DNA from: Chlamydiales bacterium | GTDB lineage: Bacteria; Chlamydiota; Chlamydiia; Chlamydiales; JAAZZY01 | Direction: 5' to 3' | Length of the DNA stretch: 64,000 nucleotides | Assembly (NCBI GenBank): GCA_965206695.1 | Contig: CBDBKM010000011.1 | Location: 394,552-458,551 of the forward strand | Part shown: positions 50,560 to 62,091 of the stretch, one piece after another | Layout of the letters: each line of letters opens with the position of its first letter | Position numbering within the stretch: position 1 is the first letter of the stretch | Position numbers and translations under genes: made by a program | Notes under the pieces: generated by a model | Told to the model about the DNA's origin: nothing | The model's input: the letters and a program-made list of their open reading frames with translations, nothing else | Databases searched by the model: none

Positions 50560-52360
50560 TTTGATCTACATCATAAATGCACCTTTCACCCGACATTCCT
50601 AGACCTCTAAACAAGTTTTTCTAATTAAGCCATACATCCTCATTGCAGTCTTTCCAAACAAAACAATAATCTTTTTCCGAAGACGGGTTAAATTTGTGAT
50701 CATTTCTTTACAAATTCTCCGGGAAGTCTTCTGAAAAAAACGGATTATTCCGATACCTTCCATAATTTGGAAAATCCATCTTAATGTTGGATTTTTGACT
50801 TCCTTTCCTAATTGGTTGGGTAATGTCTCTTCTGTTTCTATCAATTTTTGTCGAAGTTGATATTGTCCGATATTATAAACCATTAAACACAATGTCATAA
50901 CCATCATTAATGCTTCAATGCGTCGAGGGGTTTTTAAAAAAATAGAATCAACCATAAACCAAGGATCTTTTAAAAAGCGAAACCCTCCTTCAACCTTTTG
51001 CTGTTCTTTATATTCTTCTAACATCATCTCATCTTTATAATTTTCTCTATCGGTGTCATTCGTAGCTAAAATAAACCGTCCTTTTCTATTCATCAGTTTA
51101 TTAATTTCTTCTTCTTCCCTTTCAAAGCTAGCATGAATCTTGTATCCAACAACTTGTTTTTCCTCTCCTTGTTTAGGTTTGCCTAATTTACCATATTTTA
51201 GAATCGGCAATATCTCACTATTCATGGAATATAAATGATTTTTTTTAGTCAATCTGCCCCAAGCTTTTTTAGCATCACTTTCGCATTTAAATTCCTCATT
51301 ACCCAAATGCCAAAGTTGTTTCTTGAGCTTTTCTTCTGCCTTGGTCAATTTTTTTTCTAATGATTTTATCTCTCTCTGATAGGCTTGCTCTGAAAAAACC
51401 AAAAGCCATCTTTGTTTAATCCCTCCATAAAAAGAGGTGAAGCTGCATGTTTTATATCCTTTCTCCTGATCAATCCAATCAATTTCTTCTTCCGGTTTTT
51501 CTACTAATCTTTTTGCTTCTCCTATTATCTCGGGAACTCGGGTGAGCCATTTATAATCATTATTTTTTAAGAGCTTTTCTTTTGTGTATAACGCTGAATC
51601 GGCAACCCACTTAAACTTTGTTTTTACATCAATCTGTTGTTGAAATTCACTGATTTTTTTGATCGTCTCATGAAAACTTGCTTTATCAGAACTATTGCCG
51701 TCTAAGGCTTCCATCCATAGAGGCATAGAACTCGGACCATTGGTAACGAGAGAAAGTACAACTTGTTTCAAATCAGGTCTATGATCTTTAGAATAACCCT
51801 GCTTAATCTCAATCACTTGCGGATCATCTTTCACTTCATACGACCCATGAACGGAAAAGCTTGTTGTATCTAGATGATGCGTTTTTTGTAGTAAATCATG
51901 GTCTAGGGCTATTCCAAAAGAAACTTCAGCAAATAATTTACTGCTCCCATATTTCGCAATATCATCCAAAGCATGACCTAAAGTATAATCTGTGAGATCT
52001 TCTGCTCGAAGATTGTTGCCAAGTAAATTCTCTATCGATTTAGAAGCAAAAAATTGATGTGTTAGGTAGAGACGTCTATTAGTAAACCCTAATCCATTCA
52101 GAATCATTGCAATTACTGCCTGTCCCGCACTTACTTTTCTTTGTGGATGATTTTTTAATCCGGTATCAATCCTTTCCGCTACCTTTAGATCGCTGCAAAG
52201 TGCTGCAATTAATCCATGGTGATCCATGTTCACTGTTTGAATATTATCTCCTGCAACTTCCGGCATAACTTTTCTCCTTGTATCAAATAAAAAGTAACAG
52301 GATAGGCAATCTATAATTCTAATTCAAAAAAAATATCTTACGGTCTAGGAATGTCGGTTT
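50560..52360 (-). mobile_element. IS1634-family IS (IS4 superfamily); transposase 50599..52266 (555 aa)
   Basis: YSKDHRPDLKQVV motif; terminal repeats containing ggtctaggaatgtcgg. Confidence 0.8.
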
Positions 52361-52417
52361 CACCAAAAGAAAAATCTAACCTTGAGAATCATGCAAGAAA
52401 AACTCGTAATATATAGT

Positions 52418-52492
52418 GAATTAAATTTGATTTTTCTTTTCTAACTAATGGATGTTTATGAAAAATAAAATTTAATTCACTATAACATCATC
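52418..52492. repeat. 75-bp MITE with perfect 17-bp terminal inverted repeats TATAGTGAATTAAATTT
   Basis: atatagtgaattaaattt...aaatttaattcactata; a half-copy sits at 54150-54170. Confidence 0.55.
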
Positions 52493-52552
52493 TATTCAGT
52501 ATCCGGAATAACCTCTTGGCTCAAAGATCATGCGTTTACCTACAAAGAGCCA

Positions 52553-52798
52553 TTGAAAGTTCCGGGAGAGTTAGATCCACAAAGGCAACAAGATTTTATA
52601 GAGTCATACATGAGCTTGAAAGCTGAATTAGGAAAAGGCGGGAAAATGTATTTTTTGGATGCTCTGCATCCTGAATTCCGGTCTCAAGCCGTATCCGGCC
52701 GGATAAAGAAGGGAGAGATACAAACGCTCCCGACTACGAACAAACAATTTAGAATGCATTTTGTAGGAGCTTTATCGCTTGCTAAGATGGAAAAATGA
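52553..52798 (+). pseudogene. IS630-family transposase internal fragment
   Basis: MYFLDALHPEF...QFRMHFVGALS. Confidence 0.5.
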
Positions 52799-52869
52799 AA
52801 GAGCAATTAGGTCAAAGAATTAACGATAATTTTCAAAAAATTATTATTAATCATATTCATTGTCCTTCA

Positions 52870-52990
52870 AGATGAATTCTCCGATTCAGCTGCGAGCAGT
52901 ATATACCAAGTCAAAAAAACAAGTAGACGCTCTCATCCCAATGCTAAAACAAAGGGTTTTCTCGCTTAATTGTCATAACTATCTTAATCT
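52870..52990 (+). repeat. IS200-like tnpA 3' stub plus transposon end repeat
   Basis: gattcagctgcgagcagtatatacc...gacgctctcatcccaatgctaaaacaaagggttttctcgcttaattgtcataa. Compare 57830-57950, which follows the TnpA fragment. Confidence 0.5.
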
Positions 52991-54051
52991 ATTTTGTATC
53001 TGCCCCTTCATTTATATAAGCAAACCAAGCCATTTGAACGGTTTGTACTCCTTCTAAAACTCCTTCTTCATAGCGAAACAGCGGGTTATTTTCAAGTTCA
53101 GGATAATCATTGGGTTGTAATATGTCTTCTGTTGTTAAATTAGGGATAATATAACGCCCCATTTTTAAGAGCTTATCCTTTTGTCCTTCTACAATTTCAT
53201 TAAGCAGGACTTTCATTTCTGTCATCAAAGTATCATCTAACATATAGCTAACCTTAACTTATCGCTTATTTTTAAAAAATTCCTTCAAAAGCCAAGCTGA
53301 AGCTTCTTTTAAAACGCCTGTTCTAACATTAATTTCGTGAGTAGGATGTTTTTTATCAAAGATATCAATCCAACTTCCGTTAGTACCGTGCCGAATATCT
53401 TCTGTAGCCCAAACTAAATTCTCAACCCTCGCTAAATGCATCGCACCGGCGCACATCATACAAGGCTCTAAAGTAGTATAGAGAGTGGTTCCGTTCAAAC
53501 GCCAATTTTTCATGGCAATTGATCCTGCTGTAAGACAGAGCATTTCCGCATGCGCTGTTGCATCTTTCAACAATTCAACTTGGTTATGTCCTCCGGCAAT
53601 AACAGAACCTTCAAGAACTAACACAGAGCCCACCGGGACTTCATCGCGCAAAAAAGCTACACGCGCTTCTCTTAAAGCTTCAAGCATAAATCGCTCATCA
53701 TCATTTTTAGTAGTAATACATTTAATAAAATTATGCTTAATATCCAAAAAGGGTTCCAAAATATTGCTGCCTTATTTTCCACATTTGAATGACTTAAATT
53801 CAAAATGATGATTTTTTTCTAAGATATCAAATTTTTTTCGATATTGTTTAATAAGATATGCCGCTTGCTCTTCATATATTTCTTTCAACAACTTCAGTTT
53901 GTGATACTCTTTTTCTATAGAAAAATTCTTTTTATTAAAAATCCTTTGTATTGACCTGCTTACGTAAATATAGCACAAAACTATATTAACTAAAATATGC
54001 AGACAATAGAATATTAATTCTCTAGTTATTGTACAAGGAACTTATCTTATT

Positions 54052-54160
54052 TGACAGCTCTTAACCCTAAAGAGAAAGGCTTCTTAATTCAACGACCATT
54101 GTTAACAAGTGTTACTCTAACACGATCTCCAAAAAATTAAATGACCGACTCCCCTTATAT
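54052..54160 (-). repeat. IS605-B right-end orphan copy (diverged), in tandem with the gene-attached copy
   Basis: ttgacagctcttaaccctaaagagaaaggc... Confidence 0.5.
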
Positions 54161-54205
54161 AGTGAATTAAATTTTGTTTTTTATTATGATGATGTATCAT
54201 GTACG

Positions 54206-56335
54206 CTTGACAGCTCCCAACCCTAAAGGGAAGGGATTCCTAATTCATCGACCACTGCTAACAAACAAGCTAGTCTAACATGATCTCCAAAGGCTTAAAT
54301 TACCGACTGCCCTGCGGTATCGAGATTAATAGATGCATTAAGATCTCTATCGTGTGTTACTTTGCAGTTTGGACACTGCCAACTTCTCACACTTAAATCT
54401 AAAATTTCTATTTGGTACCGGCAGGCAGAGCATAGTTTTGAACCGGCAAAAAATTGATCTAATTCCACTATATTTCTTCCGTACCATTTACACTTATACT
54501 TTAAAAATGTTAAAAACCGGCTCCATCCTGCATCCGATATATGCTTGGAAAGTTTTTTATTTTTTAACATCTTATTAATATTTAACCCTTCTATCGTGAT
54601 CGTTTGGTTTTCACGAGCCAACTTTGTAGAAAGTTTATGATGAAAGTCCTGCCTTATATTTTTTATCTTCGAATGTATCGAAGCCACCGATCTTCTTTTT
54701 TTGAGTCTGTTTTTACCTTTGACTTTAGCTTTGCTAAGAGAACGTTGTTTTCTTTTTATAGTACTTTAATTTTTATTTGATAATATGTTATCCTTCTTTT
54801 TTTATACAAACAATAAGGACAAAACAATGCCTAGAGCCTATTCAGTAGATCTTCGAGAGAAAGTATTACAACATATAGAAAAACATCATGATAAAAAAAC
54901 AGCCGGCCATATTTTTCAAGTAGGTATCGCAACAATATATCGATGGATCTTGCAAAAAAAGCAAAAAGGACATTTAAAGCCAATCCGCAGAAAATATGCT
55001 TATAAGAAATTAGATGATGAGTTGTTATCTAAATATGTAGAAAAACATCCGGATTATTTCTTATCGGAAATTGCTCATTATTTTTCAGTCACTCCGCAAA
55101 CGATTTTTTATGCCCTTAAAAGATTAAAAATTACACGAAAAAAAAAACTACTCGCTATAAGGAAAGAGATGAAAAGAAACGGGAAGCTTTTATGAAAGAT
55201 TTAAAAAATATTCCCTTTGACAAGAGAATTTATCTCGATGAAACCGGGATTCATCAATTTTTATTTCGTGAGTCCGGAAGAAGCTTACGCGGCAAAAAAG
55301 TTTTTGGAGCGGTTTCAGGAAACCGCTTTATAAGGCAAAATATTATTTCAGCCCTATCTAAAGGGCAGTTTTTATCTCCAATGTGTTTTGAAGGTACTTG
55401 TAATACCGGGTTATTCAATATTTGGCTTAAGGAAGTTTTGACTCCTCAGCTTACACCCGGTAGTGTTCTTATTCTTGACAATGCCGGTTTTCACAAGTCA
55501 GCGGAAAGCAGGAAAATAGTAGAATCTGCCGGTTGTAAGCTTATGTTTCTTCCTCCATATTCTCCGGACTTAAATCCTATAGAAAAATATTGGGCTAATA
55601 TGAAAAATAAAGTTAGAGAGATATTACGAAAAGTTACGAATTTTAAATTCGCCATTGATCAAGCAATCTTATCAATGTAAAATTAAACGACTATAGTCTT
55701 TTCTTATGAAATCTAAAAGGTTTAGGTGCCGTAATCTTTTTCCCTATAGAAAGAGTTGCGAATGTCGTTAATCCTAAATCTATACCGACAGAATTATTTC
55801 TCTTCTCAAAAGGGATCACTTCTTCTTCTACTAATAGGCTCACAAAATACCTGTCACAAGAGTCTTTTGTGATTGTTATACCTGTTGGTGTACCTAAAAA
55901 ACACCTTGACCAATGTATTTTTAATCTGTCTTTAGATTTTGCAATCTTAAGATTAACCCCATCCCAACTAAATGCTGACTTAGTTAATCGTATTGCCTGC
56001 GTACTGTGTTTGTTTTTAAAGCGAGGGAAATTTGACCTTTTTTTAAAAAAGTTTAAAAAAGCTCTATCAAGATCTCTAAGACTTTGTTGCAGACAAACAG
56101 AAGAAACTTCGTTTAACCAAAGAAACTCTTTGTTTTGCTTAAGACTTGTCAAGAATGCCGATGTTTTAGAATAACTTACATTCTCTTTGTATTCCTGATA
56201 TTTCTTGATCTTAAAATTTAAAGCTTGATTATATACAACTCCGGAACATCCAAAGCTTTTTGTAAGCAACTCCTTTTGTTTTTTCGTTGGATAGAATCTA
56301 AATTTATATGCTTTTTTGATCATCATGTATTGCAT
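54206..56335 (-). mobile_element. IS605-B tnpB-B gene with right end (omega-RNA-like, 54206-54330), interrupted by IS630 type 2 copy 3
   Basis: Fragments 55691..56335 (N-terminal) and 54295..54687 (C-terminal zinc finger). Coding continuity resumes across 54759-55695. Confidence 0.7.
54759..55695 (+). mobile_element. IS630-family type 2, copy 3 (orfA 54785..55195, orfB 55192..55680)
   Basis: Same terminal repeats as copies 1 and 2. Confidence 0.8.
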
Positions 56336-56537
56336 TATATGTCCGGTATATATAGATTGTCTATCCGGAAAGACGGAAAACCTCTAAAACAGCAATTTTT
56401 AACCTTAGTTACCATGTTATTTGGTGTCCTAAATATAGGAGAAAGGTTCTTGAAGGTGATATTGTTGTTCGTTTAAAGGAATTATTAAAATTAAAAGCTC
56501 TACAACTAAATATAGAGATTCACGAACTGAATATTGT

Positions 56538-57651
56538 CTTTTCAACTATGAAGTGCAACAAACTTGTACTCTATTATAGCACAAATTCTTCGGATTGAAA
56601 ACCTCTATAGGTGTTTTAAAATTCAAACTTTTTCCGGGTCTTTCATTAAGCAGTTTTTCTATCTCTTTTACATCCTCTTGTGTCACATTATTAAAGTTTG
56701 TTTTCTTAGGCAAATACTGTCTAACTAACCCATTCGTATGTTCATTCAACCCTCTTTCCCGGGAATAATAGGGTTTAGCAAAATAAAACTCTGCTTTGAG
56801 TGTTGAACTTACTGCTTGATGCCGAGAAAACTCTAAACCATTATCTGCTGTTAATGTGTGAACTCTATCCTTAACAGGCTTTAAACAGGTAATTAAAGCA
56901 TCGGCAACACCGAGGGCTTGTTTAGACTTTACCTTCATAACCATCGTATATTTAGAAGCACGATCAACAATAGAAACAATCACTCCTTGATGATTTTTGC
57001 CTATTATCGTATCTAATTCAAAATCTCCTATTCTTGTTTTTTCATCGACAATACAAGGTCTTTTATCAATATCGACTCTATTGGGAATACAGCTTCGGCC
57101 TGCTTTATCTGAACCTCGCTTTTTATACTTCTTACCTTTGTGTCTTAAATTTTTATATAAATTGCCCCAATTTCGTTTATCTTTCCAAATATGACGATAA
57201 ATACTTTCGTGGCTGATAAGCAGGCCTTCTTCTTCTTTCAATCGACCGGATATTTGAACAGGACTCCATTGAAGCAATAATTTACTTTCTATCTTCATAA
57301 GTAGTTCAGGGGTCATTTTCTTTGTTTTACTGCTCGCTTTTGAACGCCTTCTTTTAGTTTTGATTTGTGCTGCAAAATAGATATATCTGCCTTCATAGCT
57401 ATTTCTTTTTAACTCTCGATAAACAGTAGTTTTATTAACATTTAATTCCTGCGAAATAGAATCAACAGAATCTCCTCTTTTTTTTAAAGTACATATTTGG
57501 CACCTTTGTTCGTAGGTTAAATGCCGGTAGCCTTTAGGCATAAAAAATCCCTCCATAGTTTTTTTTTGCAAAAATTTACTATAGAGATTTTGCCGGCATT
57601 TGGCCATTTTCAAATTCTTCCTATTTGTTGCACTTCAATGTTGAAAGGGCG
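56538..57651 (-). mobile_element. IS30-family IS, second type; transposase 56546..57613 (355 aa)
   Basis: Terminal repeats ttttcaactatgaagtgcaacaaac / gtttgttgcacttcaatgttgaaaagggcg. Inserted into an IS200-like tnpA. Confidence 0.75.
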
Positions 57652-57880
57652 TATTATGCCTGATCACGTACATATTTTTTTAAATACCAAGCCTATATAT
57701 TCACCACAATTTTTCATAGGACAACTTAAGGGATATACAAGCCGAATATTAAGGCAAGAATTTTCAAGCTTAAGATCCGGGTTACCCACACTGTGGACAC
57801 GGTCTTATTATGTTGATAGTGTTGGAAAATTAAATGAATATACAATCAGAAAGTATATACAGAATCAAAAAAACAAATAG
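57652..57880 (+). pseudogene. IS200-family TnpA (Y1 HUH transposase), C-terminal half only
   Basis: MPDHVHIFLNTKPIYSPQFFIGQLKGYTSRIL...WTRSYYVDSVG. The N-terminal part and HUH motif are absent. Confidence 0.7.
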
Positions 57881-57949
57881 ACACTTTCATCCCACCCTTA
57901 AAAAGGTGGGGTTTCTCGTTTAATTGTCATAACTTACTCACTTGATTTA

Positions 57950-58480
57950 AGAAAACAAGCCCTCAAATATCTCGATAAGATTGGAGACCGAAAAACGCTT
58001 GCAGAGTCTTTCGGGATCACATGAAGCAATCAAAACAGATAGCGGAAAAAGATCGCATCTACCTTGATGAAAGTAGAATCAACAGATATCTGAACAGGAA
58101 GCGCATAAGACCCCCAAGGGGGGCTCGAGTATAGGGGGGCCGTATCCCGCGGGGAGATATGCAAGCAAAAGCTTTATTGCCGTACAAAGAAAGGCTCCGG
58201 TTCGATCACCTTTGCTGTCACGGGATTTGTAATACAGATCTTGTCAACAGGTGGTTAAAAGATTTTCTCATTCCCGGATTAAACCCCGCACAAGTTGCGA
58301 TCATGGATAATGCAACTTTTCATCAATCGCAGGAAACGAAAAGGCTTATAGAAAAAGCCGGTTGTCGCACTTAATTCACCGGATCTGAATCCTATTGAGC
58401 TATTTTGGGCACATTTGAAAAAGAAAACCCGGGGATTTTACCGGAAACAATCAAAAAGGACCGGGTTAGCCGATGCTATT
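57950..58480 (+). pseudogene. IS630-family transposase remnants (multiple frames), including ORF 58159..58374
   Basis: YLDESRINRYL... and DNATFHQSQETKRLIEKAGC... and PDLNPIELFWAHLKKK in different frames. Confidence 0.5.
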
Positions 58481-58686
58481 GATCATGCATTCTCTATTCT
58501 ATCGAATTAGTAATGAAAATTACCTTAAACCACTATATTTCAAAAAATCCGTTAAAGGCTTTTTAGAAGAGATGTGGGAAGCTTTAATCGAGACGCTCTT
58601 ATTCCGGTGCTTAAGCAAGGGGTTTTCTAGCTTTATTGTCATAAGTTATTTCAGTATGAAAATATAAAATATTTATTTTACAAATA

Positions 58687-60132
58687 TTAGAAAAGGGTTT
58701 CTTTCCCAAAAGGAGTAAGGATAAAACAATCTGTTCCTTGGAATTGTCCAATAGCTACCATACCGGACTCAAAAAGACGCTTGAGTATGACATCTTTTAT
58801 AAATTGTTTGCCTTCTTCAGAATATTGAGGAAGAACATATGACCAAGTATACCCTGTTTTTCTTAGGGTAACAGGTGGAACGTCACCAATAGCACAGGTA
58901 ACGCCTCTAAAAAAATCATCAAAAGTAACCCAGCCTTTATCAACAGCAGTGTCTAAATTCTTTTCAGATTCTCGAACATTTTTTTCTGTGTCTATTTCTT
59001 CGCTAAAACCGGTATTAAAAACCAGATTATCAGGATGTCGATAAAGATAAAGGGCTTTATCTTCAACTTCCATATTTAACCAATAAGGAGCATGACGTTG
59101 GGAACACAGCATTTCTTCATGCCTTTGAGCGAGTCCAATCACAGCCAGTTTTTTAGCAACATTACTAAAATAAAGCTGCCATTCTATAATATCCGCCTCT
59201 TTAGAAGAATACCCGGGCAACTGATCAATAAATTCTTCTATTAATGATTCCGGAAAAAGATAGTCATCATCAGAAGCTGAAGGTAAAAGAGGTATTGGCG
59301 TTGCAACAATTCTTTCTAAAAGATTTGTCATATCAATAATAAAAGAAAAAGGCTCTTGCCTAACATTAATGATATTATGGATACCTCTAATAGAAGTCGG
59401 AACAGTGTCGCGTCTAAAGCGTAAATATTGGTGCCATTCATAGAATGGTTTGATGACTTCTTCCCACTTATCACCTACCTTTTTATAACAAAGGCAACAA
59501 ACAAAGTTAAACTCCAGATGAAGCATATATTCTTGAAAACCTTCATCGCTAAGTTGATATTTCTTCTTCAAGTCTTCTGATGTAACTTTAAAGTCGGGAG
59601 CCTCTAAAACTTCTGTCATAATATTGTTCATGACAGGATCGCTAAAGTTCAATTCTAATAAATATCTTTCATAGATGTAAGGAGTTAATAAGTATTTTTC
59701 AACTATAGAGGCAAAAATATTATTCGATGTTCTCGGAATCGAATACCAAGAAGGAAGAACATGTATAGGCACCTTGCGTAAAAGCGATTGCAAAAAACTC
59801 ATTCCGGGTTTGAACTCTTCATCAAATTTAAGAAATTGGAAATCAAAATATTTACGCGTGTCCTTATCGATAATGATGCTCTCATTCTTTTGAACAAACA
59901 GACCTGTGCCGGCCAACTTCTCTAAAACAGGAAATAATTTTTGTTGCGTAACTTCTAAAGTATTAGCTAGCTTGGATATGAGTATTGTAATCGAACCACA
60001 TAAAATCTCTTCTAACACATCCACTTCAAAACCGGTAAAATTACTCATCATCAATCGATTTGCAATATCTCGATAATAATCATAATCGGAAAGAATAATT
60101 TTATTTTTTTTGCTAACACCTAACTCTAACAT
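58687..60132 (-). CDS. hypothetical protein, 481 aa
   Basis: Long ORF upstream of smpB with no recognisable motif. Confidence 0.55.
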   Translation of the reverse strand: MLELGVSKKNKIILSDYDYYRDIANRLMMSNFTGFEVDVLEEILCGSITILISKLANTLEVTQQKLFPVLEKLAGTGLFVQKNESIIIDKDTRKYFDFQFLKFDEEFKPGMSFLQSLLRKVPIHVLPSWYSIPRTSNNIFASIVEKYLLTPYIYERYLLELNFSDPVMNNIMTEVLEAPDFKVTSEDLKKKYQLSDEGFQEYMLHLEFNFVCCLCYKKVGDKWEEVIKPFYEWHQYLRFRRDTVPTSIRGIHNIINVRQEPFSFIIDMTNLLERIVATPIPLLPSASDDDYLFPESLIEEFIDQLPGYSSKEADIIEWQLYFSNVAKKLAVIGLAQRHEEMLCSQRHAPYWLNMEVEDKALYLYRHPDNLVFNTGFSEEIDTEKNVRESEKNLDTAVDKGWVTFDDFFRGVTCAIGDVPPVTLRKTGYTWSYVLPQYSEEGKQFIKDVILKRLFESGMVAIGQFQGTDCFILTPFGKETLF

Positions 60133-60142
60133 AAGACTGCAC

Positions 60143-60601
60143 CTATGAAATATCCCTTAAAGTTCTTTGAATTCGACGCTTTTCATCACGCGACTTAATT
60201 GTTTCTCGTTTATCAAATGTTTTTTTCCCTTTAGCAAGAGCCATTTGAACCTTTACTCGTCCATTTTTTAAATACATTGATAAAGGGACTAAAGATAAAC
60301 CCTTCTCTTGAATTTGAGCTTTCAAACGAGCAATTTCTCTTTTATGCATAAGAAGCTTTCTTTCTCTTCGCTCCTCATGATTATTCCTATTGCCATGTTT
60401 ATATGGTGCAATATAAGAAGCAACCAGCCAAAGTTCATTACTTGTTATTTTAACATAGCTATCTTGCAGGTTTCCACCATTATCTCTAAGGGATTTGATT
60501 TCAGTCCCCACGAGACAGATCCCTGCTTCATAAGTATCTAAGACTTCATAATGATGCCTTGCTGCTCGATTAGAAACCAGTTGATTCGTTTGCTTTGTCA
60601 T
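60143..60601 (-). CDS. smpB: SsrA-binding protein
   Basis: AARHHYEVLDTYEAGICLVGTEIKSLR. Confidence 0.9.
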   Translation of the reverse strand: MTKQTNQLVSNRAARHHYEVLDTYEAGICLVGTEIKSLRDNGGNLQDSYVKITSNELWLVASYIAPYKHGNRNNHEERRERKLLMHKREIARLKAQIQEKGLSLVPLSMYLKNGRVKVQMALAKGKKTFDKRETIKSRDEKRRIQRTLRDIS

Positions 60602-60977
60602 ATCGATTTACATTATTGCACCAAATAAGAAATTTATTCCTGCTTTGTGAATATTAAGGATTTGAATTTCCCATCATTCAACCTAGCTTAATCATATCTC
60701 TTATTTTTAAAAAGCAAAAAGAGATATAGTAATTTTTTACCTTTTATAAATCAAAATATTTAACACCATAAACCGAGGTTATGAATTTTAAGGATAACAA
60801 AAATATGAAATGATTAAAACTTATTAATACGTGAAAATAACGAAACAAACTTTTTGCAATAAAAAATTAATTGAGTACTTTTATAGCATTAATAATAGGA
60901 AAATATTGACAGGATACCCTTGGCTTTCGTATTCTTGTGTTTTTAAAACTTACCCCAGATTAGGAGACGAATTTAAA

Positions 60978-62072
60978 ATGAAATTTGTCATTTCAAAAAA
61001 TACCCTTACAGATATGATCACTAATATCCAAAATGTTGTTGCTCAAAAACCCACTATTCCTATTCTTTCTAATTTTTTAATCGAAGCCGCAAATGATGAA
61101 TTGGTCTTAACTGCAACGGATCTAACTGTCGGTATGCGTTGTTACACTGAAGCAAAAATATTGGAAGAAGGTGCTATCACTCTACCTGCGCGTAAGTTAT
61201 TTCAATTAACCAGAGAACTCACAACTTCAAATGTCGAAATGTCTTCTCAGGATGGCGAGGTATCAGAACTCATTGCAGGCACTTCTCACTTTAAAATTCA
61301 TGGTATGAATAAAAATGAATTTCCAACCTTGCCTGACTTGAATGGTGCTAAAAAGATTGAAATCAATCAAAAAATTCTAAAAGATATGTTATTTCGTACT
61401 TCTTTTGCTGTCTCAAGAGAAGATAATCGCTATGTTTTAACAGGTGTTCTGTGTCAAATTCACGATGGACAAGCTACTTTTGTTGGAACTGACGGCAAGC
61501 GTCTTGCAGAAGCTTCAACACCTATCGCTACTTCTTTTTCAGGACAGTATATTATCCCGTTAAAAGCTGTTGAAGAAATCTATAAAAACCTTGAAGACAC
61601 GAATACAGCCAAAATTTTTATCCTGGATGAAAAAATTGCGATGGAAATCAACCGAGTTACGATAGTCAGTAAGTTACTATCCGGAGATTATCCTGATTTT
61701 AAACGGATCATTCCTGAACAGACCGAAATCAATTTAGACCTACATCGCGAGGAACTTATTTCTCTTCTAAGACAAGTATCCCTTTTTACCGGTGAAGCCA
61801 ATCAATCGGTACGATTTATCTTTGATAAGGGACAGCTTATTCTTACTGCTAATCATGTTAACATCGGAGAAGGCCGGGTAAGTATGCCGGTCAACTATCA
61901 AGGCCCAAATATTCAAATCGCTTTTAGCCCAATTTTTTTCCTTGATATCCTACGTCATAGTAAAGATGAAACGGTAAAACTTGGTTTATCTGATCCCTAT
62001 AATCCCGGAATTATTACTGATACATCCGATGCCCGTTTTGTTATTATGCCTATGCGTTTAAGTGAGGATTGA
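60978..62072 (+). CDS. dnaN: DNA polymerase III beta sliding clamp
   Basis: MKFVISKNTL... with aggag 8 bp upstream. The six-frame ORF from 60831 is an upstream extension. Confidence 0.85.
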   Translation: MKFVISKNTLTDMITNIQNVVAQKPTIPILSNFLIEAANDELVLTATDLTVGMRCYTEAKILEEGAITLPARKLFQLTRELTTSNVEMSSQDGEVSELIAGTSHFKIHGMNKNEFPTLPDLNGAKKIEINQKILKDMLFRTSFAVSREDNRYVLTGVLCQIHDGQATFVGTDGKRLAEASTPIATSFSGQYIIPLKAVEEIYKNLEDTNTAKIFILDEKIAMEINRVTIVSKLLSGDYPDFKRIIPEQTEINLDLHREELISLLRQVSLFTGEANQSVRFIFDKGQLILTANHVNIGEGRVSMPVNYQGPNIQIAFSPIFFLDILRHSKDETVKLGLSDPYNPGIITDTSDARFVIMPMRLSED

Positions 62073-62091
62073 CTCTTAATAGGCATACACT

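Noticed and set aside
60831-60977. N-terminal extension of dnaN (ORF called from 60831)
   Set aside because: The conserved clamp N-terminus starts at MKFVISKNTL (60978) with a good Shine-Dalgarno sequence. The extension is not conserved-looking and overlaps the smpB/dnaN intergenic promoter region.
60602-60977. Possible replication origin upstream of dnaN
   Set aside because: No dnaA gene is adjacent and I could not find clustered DnaA-box-like nonamers. It is probably an ordinary AT-rich promoter region.
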